Virus record (IMG/VR): IMGVR_UViG_3300006929_000037
Span: 1-40,663 of that record
Strand: one strand, 5' to 3'
DNA from: a virus
Taxonomy: Duplodnaviria; Caudoviricetes
DNA: 40,663 nucleotides
This document shows positions 7,321 to 17,000 of this stretch, piece by piece (the first letter of the stretch is position 1; every line of letters starts with the position of its first letter). Below the pieces are notes generated by a model. It saw nothing but the letters and a program-made list of their open reading frames with translations. It had not been told where the DNA came from and ran no database searches. The position numbers and the translations under genes were made by a program.

Positions 7321-7786
7321 CGTAGTCTATATAAGTTATTTTTACACAATCACCTTTTTCTATAGCTTTTGCTATTTTCGGATAAAGTCGCTTATAGGCC
7401 TGTCCAGAACTGCCGATGAATCCATCTTTGGCAATTTGGTTGTTCGTCTGCGTATCACCCAATAGTAAACACCCAGCAGTGTGCTCATCAGTGTTACCAG
7501 TATGAATAAGAATGTACTCAAAACCAGGTACATTAATAATATGCAGCATACCAAGATGCATTTCACCATATCGCTTAACATACTTATTGTGGAATCCACC
7601 AGATTTCCTAAGCACCACTTCGTAAGTCCCACTAGGAATACGAGTCTCCCCCATAATTTTTTCTTCTCTATATTCATCTTCTAATGTATAGCATAAAAAC
7701 TTACGCTTATTGTCGGTTGTTTCAAATAATAATCCTGATGTTGAGTCTTCTCCAGACGATATTCTAAGCACTTCTAATTCCATCAT
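7307..7786 (-). CDS. DUF5675-family protein (putative peptidoglycan-acting endolysin)
   Basis: CYTLE, TRIPSGTY, ILIHTGNT..HTAGCLLLG motifs (His/Cys as in L,D-transpeptidase-like folds). Confidence 0.8.
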   Translation of the reverse strand: MMELEVLRISSGEDSTSGLLFETTDNKRKFLCYTLEDEYREEKIMGETRIPSGTYEVVLRKSGGFHNKYVKRYGEMHLGMLHIINVPGFEYILIHTGNTDEHTAGCLLLGDTQTNNQIAKDGFIGSSGQAYKRLYPKIAKAIEKGDCVKITYIDYDAVK

Positions 7787-7787
7787 A

Positions 7788-7795
7788 CAAAGATA
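7788..7795 (-). promoter_or_regulatory. Bacteroidota sigma-A -7 element TATCTTTG directly before the DUF5675 start
   Basis: Matches TAnnTTTG; intergenic. Confidence 0.65.
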
Positions 7796-7801
7796 ATAAA
7801 A

Positions 7802-9673
7802 TTAAACAATATCTGCTATTGTTATTGTAGCACCATAAATAACATTTGTTACAGCATTGGTGTTTATTTTTATTGACAAATAATTAGTTGCAGAATGGTT
7901 AAAGTCTGTTATATCTATTTCTGTCCCTACATTTCCACTTCCTTTAGATGTATGTGTTCCACTATTAACATTACTTTCAAATACATTTACAGGTCTAGTA
8001 TTATTACCAAAAACACTAACATGGGTAGCTTTTTTCCCAACAGGTATTGGAACAAATGCGTATAACTCCATAGCAGCATCACTAGGTATAATACCTATTG
8101 TACCTGTATCATCAAAATGAATAGCAGCTCCAGCTGCATCCTCATTACCTACAAAATCTCTTGGAAGAACTTTAATAGTATCAGCATCACCATGCCATCC
8201 AGCAGAAACATCATCCCCAAACTTAAAATAATCTTCATCTTCCATCCAGGTAATTACACCATCATTTGTTTGCCCATCAAATGTTAGCGTATAGTCTGTT
8301 GCATCTTTACCACTACCTATATTAAGGTTTCCACCTATATGCAAATCACCATTATCTGTTCTTATTCTAGCATGTAATTTTTTTAAGGATATATCATCCA
8401 TAGTAAAGGAATCCTGGTTGCTACCTACCTCAGTTACTAAAAATATAAAGTGATTTCCAGCTACATAAAACTTATCAAATAAAACACTTGATGTTCCATC
8501 TTCAAATGGAATAGAGTCACTACCCAAAAGTGTTCCAGAAAGATCTGCTGCCCCAACCAAAAGACTTGGATTACCAGAGGAAGAGCTTATAGTATAAGCA
8601 AATTTATATTTTTCATCTTGATCAAATTCTGCTGCTGTAACATTAAGATCATTTGTTTCTTGTATTAAGGCCCCAGGTATTTCTTCTAGTGATACATTAC
8701 TAATATCTAATTTACTACCACTAGCTAAAGGTATTGCATCAGCAAGAGTATTAGCCATAGTTAAGCTAACTGTATGATTTGTCCCAGCACTTTGATTACC
8801 TTGACCAAATGCAGCTCTAACATAAACAGTATGATCACCATTGTCTGTTGGTAGATTATAATTACCTAATATACCAGTTAATCTAAGTGGAACTTGATTA
8901 GCACCACCTATTTTATAATTAGTTTCTTTTGCAGCAGTAGTTATGTTTGAATTAGATATGGTATACCTAAGAACTAAAAAATATTCAAAGTTAGGAGTTG
9001 TAGCTTTATTTATTACAACTTGAGCTAAAACAGAAGCACTACCAGAACTGTACTCATAACTAGCTTTACCCCCATTTAAAAAATCTGATTTTATAGCCCA
9101 GTCATTGGTTGCAGTCCAAATATAATTAGAAGCAGTTCCACCAGATCCTTCTCTAAAATTACCATTAGCTAAAATGTTTTTAGGATTGTCTTTGTCCATT
9201 GATGGGAAAAACTCAGGTTGAGTAGGAACAGAAAAAGTTAATGTTTCATCTGCTGTTATCGTAAAACCACCCTGAACTTTAAACTTGCTATCATCATCAA
9301 AATCATTATCAGTTATTATTTCTGAACTCAAGAACTGAGTATCTGTAGAATATATTTCTATCTCACCATCCTTTATGGATAATTTTTCATCAGGAGAATC
9401 TTCACCTATACCTATTCTATTATTTACAGGATCTGTAAAAATTAAATTTCTACTTTTCCCATGTACTATAAATCTGTTGTTTTTTTGATTTCTATTTATT
9501 GTAGCCCCTTCGTTTACTCCTAGGTCCCTAAAAACATGAACACCATGCTTTATAGGAGACCTACCAGTAAAACCAATTCCTATTTTCCTATTTGATGTAG
9601 ATACTTGTAATGGGGTAGCTTTTTCTACCTTAAATATATAAGAGTTCCTTATTTTCTTTATTACAAGATCCAT
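7802..9673 (-). CDS. Tail fibre / receptor-binding protein with carbohydrate-binding-like domains
   Basis: RIGIGEDSPDEKL fibre motif, NILANGNF...W and DISNVSL/DDISLK jelly-roll signatures, GWHG C-terminal module. Confidence 0.65.
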   Translation of the reverse strand: MDLVIKKIRNSYIFKVEKATPLQVSTSNRKIGIGFTGRSPIKHGVHVFRDLGVNEGATINRNQKNNRFIVHGKSRNLIFTDPVNNRIGIGEDSPDEKLSIKDGEIEIYSTDTQFLSSEIITDNDFDDDSKFKVQGGFTITADETLTFSVPTQPEFFPSMDKDNPKNILANGNFREGSGGTASNYIWTATNDWAIKSDFLNGGKASYEYSSGSASVLAQVVINKATTPNFEYFLVLRYTISNSNITTAAKETNYKIGGANQVPLRLTGILGNYNLPTDNGDHTVYVRAAFGQGNQSAGTNHTVSLTMANTLADAIPLASGSKLDISNVSLEEIPGALIQETNDLNVTAAEFDQDEKYKFAYTISSSSGNPSLLVGAADLSGTLLGSDSIPFEDGTSSVLFDKFYVAGNHFIFLVTEVGSNQDSFTMDDISLKKLHARIRTDNGDLHIGGNLNIGSGKDATDYTLTFDGQTNDGVITWMEDEDYFKFGDDVSAGWHGDADTIKVLPRDFVGNEDAAGAAIHFDDTGTIGIIPSDAAMELYAFVPIPVGKKATHVSVFGNNTRPVNVFESNVNSGTHTSKGSGNVGTEIDITDFNHSATNYLSIKINTNAVTNVIYGATITIADIV

Positions 9674-9692
9674 TCATTATGTTTGAGTTATA

Positions 9693-10154
9693 TTAGTCTG
9701 TAGCAGAAGCTAAAAATACTTCAGCAGCTATAGCAGCAGTGTCAGCCTGTAGCTTAACACTAGCTATAGAACCAAAACTACCAGAAGTCCCAGCAGTAGC
9801 AGCATCAGCAGCAGACAGAGAAACTGAATGTGTTCCTAGTATAAAAGAATGACCTGCTTCAAGCTTGTATACAAACTCATCATTATTTGTTTCTGCTACT
9901 CTTATGAAGCAAAAGTTAGAGCCATCTAGGTTTGTTATTCTAGCGTACTTAACTTCAGACAAGTCATGTTGCCCTGAGTCATTATCAGAACCAGTTGTGT
10001 ATACAGTTATTTGTGATGTAGGTACATTTACAATTCTTTTTGTAACTTGATTTAATGAACTTATTGTTTTTGTAACAGTTCCTCCCTGATCTACACCATT
10101 CAATGTTATAGACTCTGTTATTTTAACTGTTAATGTTGCAGTTGATAAAGCCAT
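9693..10154 (-). CDS. Putative virion structural protein (beta-rich, T/S/A-rich)
   Basis: MAL start, composition, location beside the fibre gene. Confidence 0.6.
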   Translation of the reverse strand: MALSTATLTVKITESITLNGVDQGGTVTKTISSLNQVTKRIVNVPTSQITVYTTGSDNDSGQHDLSEVKYARITNLDGSNFCFIRVAETNNDEFVYKLEAGHSFILGTHSVSLSAADAATAGTSGSFGSIASVKLQADTAAIAAEVFLASATD

Positions 10155-10186
10155 ATCTAAATATTTGTTTATTAATAATTATCCAG

Positions 10187-10239
10187 ACAAAGATACAAAA
10201 AAATTTATTATCTTTGTGGTTGCAATATATACAAATATA
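10187..10239. promoter_or_regulatory. Divergent Bacteroidota-type promoters: TATCTTTG on - (10188-10195) and + (10209-10216), plus TATATTTG on - (10232-10239)
   Basis: TAnnTTTG matches at the strand switch; ACAAAGATA...TATCTTTGT forms a 9-bp inverted repeat. Confidence 0.75.
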
Positions 10240-10252
10240 AAATAATTAAGAT

Positions 10253-10978
10253 ATGGCTTCAAGGAAATTTCATCAGGTAACAGTTAAACCTGCTTTTACT
10301 GGAACTAATTCATATACAGCATTTGCAAATGCTGATGTTTTGTTTAATTGGACAGAGATTCCAAATGCAGCTTTTACAGCAGGGGGTGGAACTAGACTAA
10401 CTTCCATAACAACAACAGTTAGGGGTGCTGAAAGTGCTACACAACAAAAATTAGCATTTGAACTTTATTTTTCAAGCAATCCTAATGAAACTGCTTTAGG
10501 TACTGTTAATCAAACAGTTGGAACAATACAGCATGCTGGCTCTGAAATATGTGGATATATACCAGTTGTTAGTGGAGATTATGGAGCAGGACATGATGTT
10601 ATGGCTATTGCACATACAGCTACTGGAGATGGAGCTATTGGTGCTGTTATGCAAGCAAGAGCAGGAACATCTTCTTTATATGTAGCTGCTATTGCTAGAG
10701 GTGCTTTTGATTTTGGTTCTGGTGTTTTAATTGATAATGGCAGTGGCGAAGATACAAGTGATGCAGAATTAAGTGTTGGTACTATAGATGCTACAACTGC
10801 TTTTGAAGTTGGTGATGAATTATATAATGGTGGAGATGGGACAACACTAGGAACAATAAAATCAGTAATAGCTACACGCATTGTTTTAAATGCAAATAAT
10901 GCAGATGCAATAGGAGATACTGTTGGAGTAGAAGGAGGCTCACCAATGATTATTAGATTTGGATTTGAACAAGTATAA
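10253..10978 (+). CDS. Putative virion structural / fibre-associated protein
   Basis: Beta-rich, G/A/T-rich; C-terminal FEVGDELY...LGTIKSV module resembles repeats in the 1957-aa tail protein. Confidence 0.6.
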   Translation: MASRKFHQVTVKPAFTGTNSYTAFANADVLFNWTEIPNAAFTAGGGTRLTSITTTVRGAESATQQKLAFELYFSSNPNETALGTVNQTVGTIQHAGSEICGYIPVVSGDYGAGHDVMAIAHTATGDGAIGAVMQARAGTSSLYVAAIARGAFDFGSGVLIDNGSGEDTSDAELSVGTIDATTAFEVGDELYNGGDGTTLGTIKSVIATRIVLNANNADAIGDTVGVEGGSPMIIRFGFEQV

Positions 10979-10981
10979 TTG

Positions 10982-10989
10982 TATATTTG
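10982..10989 (+). promoter_or_regulatory. Bacteroidota -7 promoter element TATATTTG
   Basis: Consensus match in a 34-bp gap upstream of 11013. Confidence 0.65.
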
Positions 10990-11012
10990 TCAAATAACTA
11001 AAATTAAATTTA

Positions 11013-11348
11013 ATGGAAACAACCGACTTAATCAAAGAGGTTGCTAATTCTGTTAGGGACTTACTAATAGAAAAGAATATTACCTATGGTGATTCAGCAA
11101 CAAACCCAAAAAAAATTTTTTCAAAAGGAAGCTCAGTAGATTCTTTATGTGCTCGTATTGATGATAAGCTATCTCGTATAGCCAACAAAGGTATTACTGA
11201 TAAAACAGAAGATACTGTTACTGATTTAATAGGATACCTTATATTATTAAAAGTAGCAATGAAAAAAGAATATGGCTGTGGTAAACCATGGTGTGGTGAA
11301 TGTGATTGTGAAGGATATTTTGATGGTTGGGAAAAGAATATAGCATAA
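11013..11348 (+). CDS. Nucleotide-modification-associated domain protein (Nmad1/DUF1599-like, dATP/dGTP pyrophosphohydrolase-like helical fold)
   Basis: KN..YGDS, RIDDKLSRI, EDT..DLIGYLILL motifs. Confidence 0.75.
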   Translation: METTDLIKEVANSVRDLLIEKNITYGDSATNPKKIFSKGSSVDSLCARIDDKLSRIANKGITDKTEDTVTDLIGYLILLKVAMKKEYGCGKPWCGECDCEGYFDGWEKNIA

Positions 11349-11349
11349 A

Positions 11350-11631
11350 ATGAAAGAGCATATTACAAAGGGACTAATAAGAAAGTTAACCATAGGAGAT
11401 TTAAAAAATGGCATGAACTATATTGTAGGTCAAACTGTTATGGGTGGTGGTGCAAAAATTACAGATATAATAGAAGATGAAGCCTACTTTAGAGAATATA
11501 ATGTTTTAAGGTATAATGTTTATGTTAAAAAATTTAGTGATGGTTACACTTATCTTTGGAAAGATTTTAAAAACCAACCAACATCAATAGAATATAATTT
11601 AAATTATGAAGAGTATGAAGCCACTACTTAA
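11350..11631 (+). CDS. Conserved hypothetical phage protein
   Basis: IRKLTIG...MNYIVGQ.V.GG pattern recalled from flavobacterial phages upstream of GroES. Confidence 0.7.
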   Translation: MKEHITKGLIRKLTIGDLKNGMNYIVGQTVMGGGAKITDIIEDEAYFREYNVLRYNVYVKKFSDGYTYLWKDFKNQPTSIEYNLNYEEYEATT

Positions 11632-12196
11632 TTACATATGGGTTGAAGTAGAAAAATCACATGAAAACTCTACCTATATAAAAGGAAAAAATAACGAAAA
11701 AATAGAATTATACTTAGATTCGTCTTACGAACCTGAATTTAATGCTAGGCAATATGGAACTGTTTACGCTGTTAGCGATAAAGTGAAAGGAGTTAAACCT
11801 GGAGATAAAATTTATTGTCATCATTTTTTAGTAACAGAAGCTAATAGGGTTAAATTTATTGAAGACAAACTTGTCTATAAAATACAAGAGCCTTTTATTT
11901 ATGCTATAGTTAGAAATGGAAAATTAAAAATGTTAAACAACTGGGTTTTTGTAGAGCAGGTAAAAGAAACTGAAGAAGATTGCAAAACAGATTCTGGAAT
12001 ATTTTTTAAGGCAAATCCAGAGGAAGAGGAGCTACATGGTATATTAAGACATTCTAATGAGGAGCTTATTGAACAAGGAGCAAAAATAGGGGATAGAATT
12101 ATATTTAGTACAAACTCAGAATATGTAATGAAGATAGAAGGTGAAGAATTAATGAGGATGAGGAATGAAGATGTTTTAGCTACATACCATGGATGA
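11606..12196 (+). CDS. groES: GroES-like co-chaperonin with two tandem GroES-like domains
   Basis: MKPLLNYIWV...GTVYAV...VKPGDKI, and a second unit NWVFVE...KTDSGI...KIGDRIIFS...IEGEELMRMRNEDVLA. Confidence 0.8.
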   Translation: MKSMKPLLNYIWVEVEKSHENSTYIKGKNNEKIELYLDSSYEPEFNARQYGTVYAVSDKVKGVKPGDKIYCHHFLVTEANRVKFIEDKLVYKIQEPFIYAIVRNGKLKMLNNWVFVEQVKETEEDCKTDSGIFFKANPEEEELHGILRHSNEELIEQGAKIGDRIIFSTNSEYVMKIEGEELMRMRNEDVLATYHG

Positions 12197-12479
12197 TCCA
12201 ACTAAAAAAAGATTTGAAAAATTAATATCTTCTGCAAAAGAAGCTATAGATTTATTAACAGATGAGATAAAAAAACCTGTTGATGAAGACCTTCAGGATG
12301 ACAAAGCTCGTAATGCTTTTAAGTCAAAAAAAGAATGCTTTATGGATGCTAAAGAGCTCATAGCTGAAGTTCAAAAACTAGAAGATATAATGAATGGAAA
12401 AGAAACAATGTCAGATGAAAAACAAGAATCTGGTTTTGAGGCAGGTCATGCAGAGCAGTTCGCAAAAAGCAACTCTTAG
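12189..12479 (+). CDS. Putative terminase small subunit
   Basis: Helical 96-aa protein immediately upstream of TerL, ending in G.AE.FAK. Confidence 0.55.
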   Translation: MDDPTKKRFEKLISSAKEAIDLLTDEIKKPVDEDLQDDKARNAFKSKKECFMDAKELIAEVQKLEDIMNGKETMSDEKQESGFEAGHAEQFAKSNS

Positions 12480-12498
12480 GCTTTTCGTCAAAATTTAG

Positions 12499-12506
12499 TA
12501 TATTTG
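12499..12506 (+). promoter_or_regulatory. Bacteroidota -7 promoter element TATATTTG upstream of terL
   Basis: Consensus match, intergenic. Confidence 0.65.
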
Positions 12507-12529
12507 TAGATTGTTATACCTGTATTTAA

Positions 12530-14530
12530 ATGGCTGTTATATCTTTAGATAAAAACTCAAAAGGATCAAAAGAAGTAATATGTGGTCTTGATATTCAACT
12601 TCCAAAAAGACCACCCAAGAAAGGTATATTGTTTTCAGAAAAAAAGAAAAAAGATCAGAGTTGGACGAGAGATGAAACAGATTGGTCTATGCTGTCACCA
12701 TCTAACAGAAATAAATTTATATCAAAAGAATTTGAAAGAAGGGCAAATGGTGTTTGGTTTATGAATAATGGTAAGCCAACTTACATAACTGGAAATCATT
12801 ATTATTATTTACAGTGGGGTAAGATAGATATTGGATACCCAGACTATAGAGATAGAGACAGAAGATTCTTTACATTTTGGGAAGCTTGTAAAAAAGACCC
12901 AAATAGTTATGGAATGATAATGGTGAAGCATAGAAGAGAGGGTGCTTCATGGAAAGGAGCTTGTATGTCTCTGTATGAAATAACTAGTTCCTATAACTCT
13001 CATGGTGGATTATTATCAAAAACAGGACAAGATGCTAAAGACCTATTTGAAAAAGTTGTTTATATGTTTCGTGGTTTACCTGATTTCTTTCAACCTATTA
13101 TTGATGGCTCTGATAATCCAAAGTCTAGGTTATCTTTTAATACTCCTGGTCAAAAAATTACCAAGAACTTTAAAAAGATTACGAAATCTCATGCACTTAA
13201 CAGTAAAATAGATTGGAGAAACACTAGAGAAAATTCTTATGACTCTGCAAAACTAAAGTTTTTTATGAGTGATGAGGCAGGTAAATGGACAGAGGCCTCA
13301 GTAGATAAAAACTGGCAAGTTGTAGCACCTTGTTTAACATTAGGTATAAATGTAGTGGGTAAATGTTTTATGCCATCAACTGTAAATGAATTAAGTTCAG
13401 GTGGTGGAGATAAGTTTAAGAAGCTTTGGGATATGAGTAACATAGAAGATAGAGATGCTAATGGTAGAACTCAATCTGGTCTTTACTCTTACTTTACTCC
13501 AGCTTATGATGGGTATGAGGGTTTTATAGATGACTATGGTAATAGTATGATAAACGAAGCAAAAACATTTTTAAAAAATAGAAGAGATTCGTTAAAAAGT
13601 GATACTAATAAACTGTCAGAAGAAAAAAGACAAAGGCCATTTACTGTGGAAGAAGCCTTTAGGAGTGATGCTAACACAAGTATATTTGATGTAGAAAAAA
13701 TATATCAACAACTAGATTTTTTAGAGTCTAATTATGATGTAACAACTAGAGGTAATTTTGTGTGGGCTAATGGCATAAAAGACACAAAAGTTATTTGGCA
13801 GCCAGATATAAAAGGAAGATGGGAGTTAGCTTGGTCTCCAGATAAAGAAATGCAAAACAGCTTTTCAAAAAAAGGAAATGGAAAATATCCATCTAATTGT
13901 TTGGAGTTGGTTGCAGGGGTTGATCCATACGATCACGATACTACTACAGATGGTAGAAGATCAGATGCTGCCTCATATGTATTTAGAAAGTTTAGCATGA
14001 AAGATGATTTTGTAAATGCTTTTGTGTGTGAGTATGTAGCTAGGCCACCAAAAGCCGAAATGTTTTATGAAGACATGATAAAACAATGTTTTTATTATGG
14101 GTGTCAGATACTTGTTGAAAACAATAAAATAGGAGTTATTAAGTATTTTCAAACCAGAGGATACTCAAACTACCTGATGGACAGACCTGAATCTACACAT
14201 ACAGATTACTCTAGAAGACAAAAAACACCTGGGATACCAACATCTGGTGCTGCTGTAATAAATTCTATGGCAGATGCTATACAAGCTTATATATATGATA
14301 ATGTTGGTTATAATGAAGAGACTGGAGATATAGGTAATTGTTTTTTTAAAAGATTATTAAAAGACTGGGTTAGTTTTGAAATAGATAACAGAACTAAATA
14401 TGACTGCACTATGGCTTCAGGTATGGCATTGTTAGGCTCTCAAAAACACATAGCTCAAAAGAAAGTTAAAAGATTTATACCATTAATAAAAACATATAGT
14501 AATAAAGGAATTATATCAACGAAAATATGA
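12530..14530 (+). CDS. terL: Terminase large subunit
   Basis: Walker A-like KHRREGAS, Walker B FFMSDEAGKW, RNase H-like VAGVDPYD, ILVENN and YDCTMA. Confidence 0.92.
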   Translation: MAVISLDKNSKGSKEVICGLDIQLPKRPPKKGILFSEKKKKDQSWTRDETDWSMLSPSNRNKFISKEFERRANGVWFMNNGKPTYITGNHYYYLQWGKIDIGYPDYRDRDRRFFTFWEACKKDPNSYGMIMVKHRREGASWKGACMSLYEITSSYNSHGGLLSKTGQDAKDLFEKVVYMFRGLPDFFQPIIDGSDNPKSRLSFNTPGQKITKNFKKITKSHALNSKIDWRNTRENSYDSAKLKFFMSDEAGKWTEASVDKNWQVVAPCLTLGINVVGKCFMPSTVNELSSGGGDKFKKLWDMSNIEDRDANGRTQSGLYSYFTPAYDGYEGFIDDYGNSMINEAKTFLKNRRDSLKSDTNKLSEEKRQRPFTVEEAFRSDANTSIFDVEKIYQQLDFLESNYDVTTRGNFVWANGIKDTKVIWQPDIKGRWELAWSPDKEMQNSFSKKGNGKYPSNCLELVAGVDPYDHDTTTDGRRSDAASYVFRKFSMKDDFVNAFVCEYVARPPKAEMFYEDMIKQCFYYGCQILVENNKIGVIKYFQTRGYSNYLMDRPESTHTDYSRRQKTPGIPTSGAAVINSMADAIQAYIYDNVGYNEETGDIGNCFFKRLLKDWVSFEIDNRTKYDCTMASGMALLGSQKHIAQKKVKRFIPLIKTYSNKGIISTKI

Positions 14531-16953
14531 AATATAACACAGACAAAATAGAAAAAATAGGAAGGTATCCTAGTTCACTTGTAGATGATTCTATAAAGAA
14601 TAAAAATGAGTATGGTTTATCCTATTGTAAAGCTATGTATTATGAATGGGCTGGAAAGACAGGTGCCAAGTACGATGAAAGAAAAAGGAAGTTTATGAAA
14701 TCTAGAAGATATGCAGAAGGTCTCCAAGATGTTAGTAAGTATAAAGATTTACTTGATGCACAGGGTGATACATCTTATCTTAATTTAGATTGGAGTCAAG
14801 TGGCTATAATCCCTAAGTTTGTAGATGTTGTAGTTGGTGGTATTTTAAATCAAGATTATGATATTAAATGCACAGCTATAGATCCAATAGCACAGGACCA
14901 AAAAAGAAAAGATCAAAATAAACTTATAGCTAAGATGATGGCTGCTCCACAAATAAGAAAAATGGAGGAAATGTCAGGAATACCTTTAATGGGAGAACAG
15001 CAACCAATGGAGTCAATGGAAGAGGTAGAGCTTCATATGTCTTTAAATTACAAACAACAATATGAGATAGCTATAGAAAATGGAGTAAATTTTGTAATGA
15101 ATAAAAATGAGTTTGATGAAACTAAAAAGAGAGTTGTTAGAGATTTAGTTTCACTAAATACTGGAGCTGTAAAAGTTTATACTGACCCAGAGCATGGTGT
15201 TAAGGTTAACTATGTAGACCCTCTAAATTTAGTTACATCATACTCTAATCATCCAGATTATAGAGATATTCAACACGCTGGAGAGATAGTTCAAATGTCA
15301 ATATCAGAGTTAAAAAGAATAGCAGGGGATAGCTTCACAGAAGATGAGTATGAAAAAATAGCTAAAAAATATTCAGGTAAATATAATAATCCAACTACAT
15401 TTAATAGCAACTATTTATATGACCCATCAACAGAATCTTATTCTTATTCATACGATGACTTTACTATATCTGTTTTTGACTTTGAGTTTTTGTCAACTAA
15501 CAAAATGAAGTTTGAGAAAAAAGAAAATATTTTTGGTGGTGCAACATTTAATAAAAAACCAACAAACTACAAGCAGCCAAAAAATAGTAAAACTGAAAGA
15601 GAGTTAATTGAAAAAGATATAAAGGTTGTTTACCAGGGTAAATGGGTTATAGACACTGATTATATATTTAACTATAAAATGGCAGAAAATATGATTAGAC
15701 CTAAATCTAATTTGCCAGAAACAAAATTATCTTATAAAATATATTCTCCTAATTTATATAGGATGAATAACAAGTCAATGGTTGAAAGAATGATGCCTTT
15801 TGCAGACCAAATACAATTATCTCACTATAAAATACAGCAGTTAATAGCAAAAGCTAGACCGAAAGGATTAATGATAGAAGTTGGTGGACTAGAGGGAGTA
15901 ATGAAAGGAGATGGTGGAGAGATGACACCATTAGAACTACAAGCTGTATACGATCAAACTGGTAACTACTATTATCGCAGACAAGCAGATGATGGTGCAC
16001 AAACTAATTTTCCACCTATACAAGAATTAGAAAATGGTTTAAGTAGAGATGTTATACAGTTTATAAATATTTACAATCATAATTTACAAATGATTAGAGA
16101 TGTTACTGGTGTTAATGAAGTTAGAGATGCTTCTCAACCATCAAGCGAAGCTTTAGTTGGTGTGCAAAAGTTAGCACTGTTAGCATCTAACAACGCAACA
16201 AGATATATAAATGATGCTTTTTTAAATATAGTTAGGAATACAGCAGAAGATAGTTTATTAAGAATACAAGATATATTAGAGTTTGACAAACCTATGAAGG
16301 GATATGTTTCAGCTTTAGGCTCTGCTAATATGAAAGTTATAGAGCTAAATAAAGAAATAAGTTTACATGAGTTTGGTTTATTTATAGAGGTTGCACCTGA
16401 TGCAGAACAAAGAGCAATGCTAGAGCAAAACATTCAAATTTCTTTAGGGCAAAAAGAACTTCGTTTAGAAGATGCAATATCTATAAGAGAAATAAAAAAT
16501 ACAAAGCTTGCTAATAGAATGCTTAATATAAGGAGAAAGAAATATATGCAAGAGCAACAAATGATAGCACAACAAAATGCTCAGATGAATGCACAAGCTC
16601 AACAACAATCAGCTGCTCAAGCAGCTCAAATTAAACAGCAAGAGTTTGCAATGCAGGCTCAAGCTGATGGTGCTAAGCTAGGAACAGCTCAGAAACTAGA
16701 AATGGAAAAAATGCAAATGGAGTTTCAGTTAAAAGAACAATTTGAGCAAAGGCAACATCAAAGAAGATTAGAAGAATTACAAATGTCTTCAGGTACAAAA
16801 AAACAAACAGAAACCGAAAAAGAAAACCGAAAAGATAAAAGAATAGACAAGGCTGCACACAATCAATCTAAAATGATTGAGCAAAGAAAAGGCAGGTCAG
16901 GAACTATACCAAATCCAGAAGACGAAATGCCTATGCCAAAGTTTATGAAATAA
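14527..16953 (+). CDS. Portal protein
   Basis: Follows TerL with ATGA overlap; IIPKFVDVVV, IRDVTGVNEVRD motifs; long Gln-rich coiled-coil C-terminus typical of podovirus portals. Confidence 0.88.
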   Translation: MKYNTDKIEKIGRYPSSLVDDSIKNKNEYGLSYCKAMYYEWAGKTGAKYDERKRKFMKSRRYAEGLQDVSKYKDLLDAQGDTSYLNLDWSQVAIIPKFVDVVVGGILNQDYDIKCTAIDPIAQDQKRKDQNKLIAKMMAAPQIRKMEEMSGIPLMGEQQPMESMEEVELHMSLNYKQQYEIAIENGVNFVMNKNEFDETKKRVVRDLVSLNTGAVKVYTDPEHGVKVNYVDPLNLVTSYSNHPDYRDIQHAGEIVQMSISELKRIAGDSFTEDEYEKIAKKYSGKYNNPTTFNSNYLYDPSTESYSYSYDDFTISVFDFEFLSTNKMKFEKKENIFGGATFNKKPTNYKQPKNSKTERELIEKDIKVVYQGKWVIDTDYIFNYKMAENMIRPKSNLPETKLSYKIYSPNLYRMNNKSMVERMMPFADQIQLSHYKIQQLIAKARPKGLMIEVGGLEGVMKGDGGEMTPLELQAVYDQTGNYYYRRQADDGAQTNFPPIQELENGLSRDVIQFINIYNHNLQMIRDVTGVNEVRDASQPSSEALVGVQKLALLASNNATRYINDAFLNIVRNTAEDSLLRIQDILEFDKPMKGYVSALGSANMKVIELNKEISLHEFGLFIEVAPDAEQRAMLEQNIQISLGQKELRLEDAISIREIKNTKLANRMLNIRRKKYMQEQQMIAQQNAQMNAQAQQQSAAQAAQIKQQEFAMQAQADGAKLGTAQKLEMEKMQMEFQLKEQFEQRQHQRRLEELQMSSGTKKQTETEKENRKDKRIDKAAHNQSKMIEQRKGRSGTIPNPEDEMPMPKFMK

Positions 16954-16964
16954 AAAAAAATTCT

Positions 16965-16972
16965 TATATTTG
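16965..16972 (+). promoter_or_regulatory. Bacteroidota -7 promoter element TATATTTG upstream of scaffold/capsid genes
   Basis: Consensus match, intergenic. Confidence 0.7.
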
Positions 16973-17000
16973 CAGGGAAGTCTAATTTAATTTAATAACT

